Source: Takakia lepidozioides
Taxonomy: Eukaryota > Plantae > Bryophyta
Direction of reading: 5' to 3'
DNA length: 64,000 nucleotides
Assembly: GCA_030704615.1 (NCBI GenBank)
Contig: CM060733.1
Coordinates: forward strand, 40,796,001-40,860,000
The notes below the pieces were generated by a model that did not search any database, had not been told where the DNA came from, and was given only the letters and a program-made list of their open reading frames with translations. Every line of letters starts with the position of its first letter. Position 1 is the stretch's first letter. Shown one piece after another: positions 62,803-64,000 of the stretch. A program made the translations under genes and the position numbers.

Positions 62803-64000
62803 TCCAGCAACACTAATAATCACCCAGTTTTTTAAACCCAACTCTCCATCGATGGGATCTGTCAGACATTCGCTGAATATTATGGCTCATTAATCGAGTA
62901 TTTTGGAGAAATGATCGTCATCTTGAAACATTACAATTGATATAAACAAGACCATGTAGACCATGATGGATTTATATGCTCTATAGAAGAGCATGTCACT
63001 TGTACATGTATATCATTAGCTTCACTTCGTTCAAACTTATTCTTGCATGGAATATCCTTCAATAAAATAATAAATATATGACGGCCCCCCTAAGGAAGCC
63101 TAAATTATGGTCACAGATCCAACAGTCCATCATGAACAAATGTGCTAGAACATGTCAATGCCTTCCATCTCCACCAATATTTCTCTTCCAAGTGTGCTGT
63201 CCTATGGACATTTGCGCCCGGATTACATGCAAGTTGTCATATTCAGAACTGCAAGCAAATTACAGGACGTGCGAGAAAGATAACTAAAACTGTGGTTCAT
63301 TATTTCATCACATAGCCTCCAGCCTAACTAAGTTACCCAGCCATTCTTTTATATGTTGGTAGTAACCATTTCACCAGTAGCCATTTGCATACGTGAAATG
63401 CCATTAATCCTAAGCTTGCTATCAGTCTCAGAATCCAACACCCAACTAGGTGGGGATCTCACAGCCCATACTAGTGAATCCTCATTGAGCCAAGACTATA
63501 GTGCTCCTTAGATGTAGTTGAACAGGAGCTGACAGAGTTCTCAGCTAACATAGTATGGGAGGTCCATTACTGAGCTTGCATTTTCTAGTGCTGACTGCTT
63601 CCCATACTTCGGCTCGGATTTCTACTTGGAAGAGCCTTATTAATGTGTACACAGTTCAAAGCCCTTAAAGCACTGTTGACATGCATTGGTACTTTCATCT
63701 TAGTTCTTAGATCCCCGAAAGGGAATTGAGGTTGTCAAAGAGCTCTCATTTTCCCTGAGTCTCTTCATCTCGTTTGGTGTTGAATGGGGTTGGAGAGCAA
63801 TGTAATCTTGACAAACACGTAGATCCAAACTACTCTATATATTTTGAAGTTAGTCTGATATGGGTACATCAATAATTGAGGAACATGTACCATTGATCAA
63901 CAACACACACTTTTGCTTTCAAAATAAAAGGCTTAACCCTGAAGTTCCCAAGCCCCTTTTTGCAATTTCGTCGTTGGTAGCCTGCTCCAGTGTAGACTGC

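Noticed and set aside
63300-64000. Decayed coding remnant on the minus strand
   Set aside because: Multiple stops and no motif I could assign.

Overview
This is eukaryotic nuclear DNA from a non-seed land plant, most likely a bryophyte. That is inferred from the PLS-class PPR remnants, a Tcn1/sushi-type Gypsy element, a Crinkler-like kinase and the intron patterns. Four apparently intact, intron-containing genes lie on the + strand: a CYP85-clan, CYP707A-like P450 with an atypical I-helix (9316-13852), ABA4/DUF4281 (28839-31931), STAY-GREEN (39789-42000) and a TIC32-like short-chain dehydrogenase (58073-62802). Between them is a dense, nested transposon landscape. One Copia element carries three hAT-type insertions and is cut by a CACTA-like end. 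A Gypsy element shows a Tf1-type self-priming signature and a PEG10-type frameshift site. A second Copia carries a 1.6-kb solo-LTR-like insertion. A 7.5-kb hAT element has perfect TIRs and TSD. There are also several copies of a tail-less RTEX-like LINE, tRNA-derived SINEs, two PPR pseudogenes and a decayed Crinkler-type REase-kinase gene. The most notable observations are the tRNA-independent self-priming Gypsy, the Crinkler-like pseudogene and the co-location of ABA/pigment-turnover genes. All family assignments come from motif recognition by eye; no database search was run.
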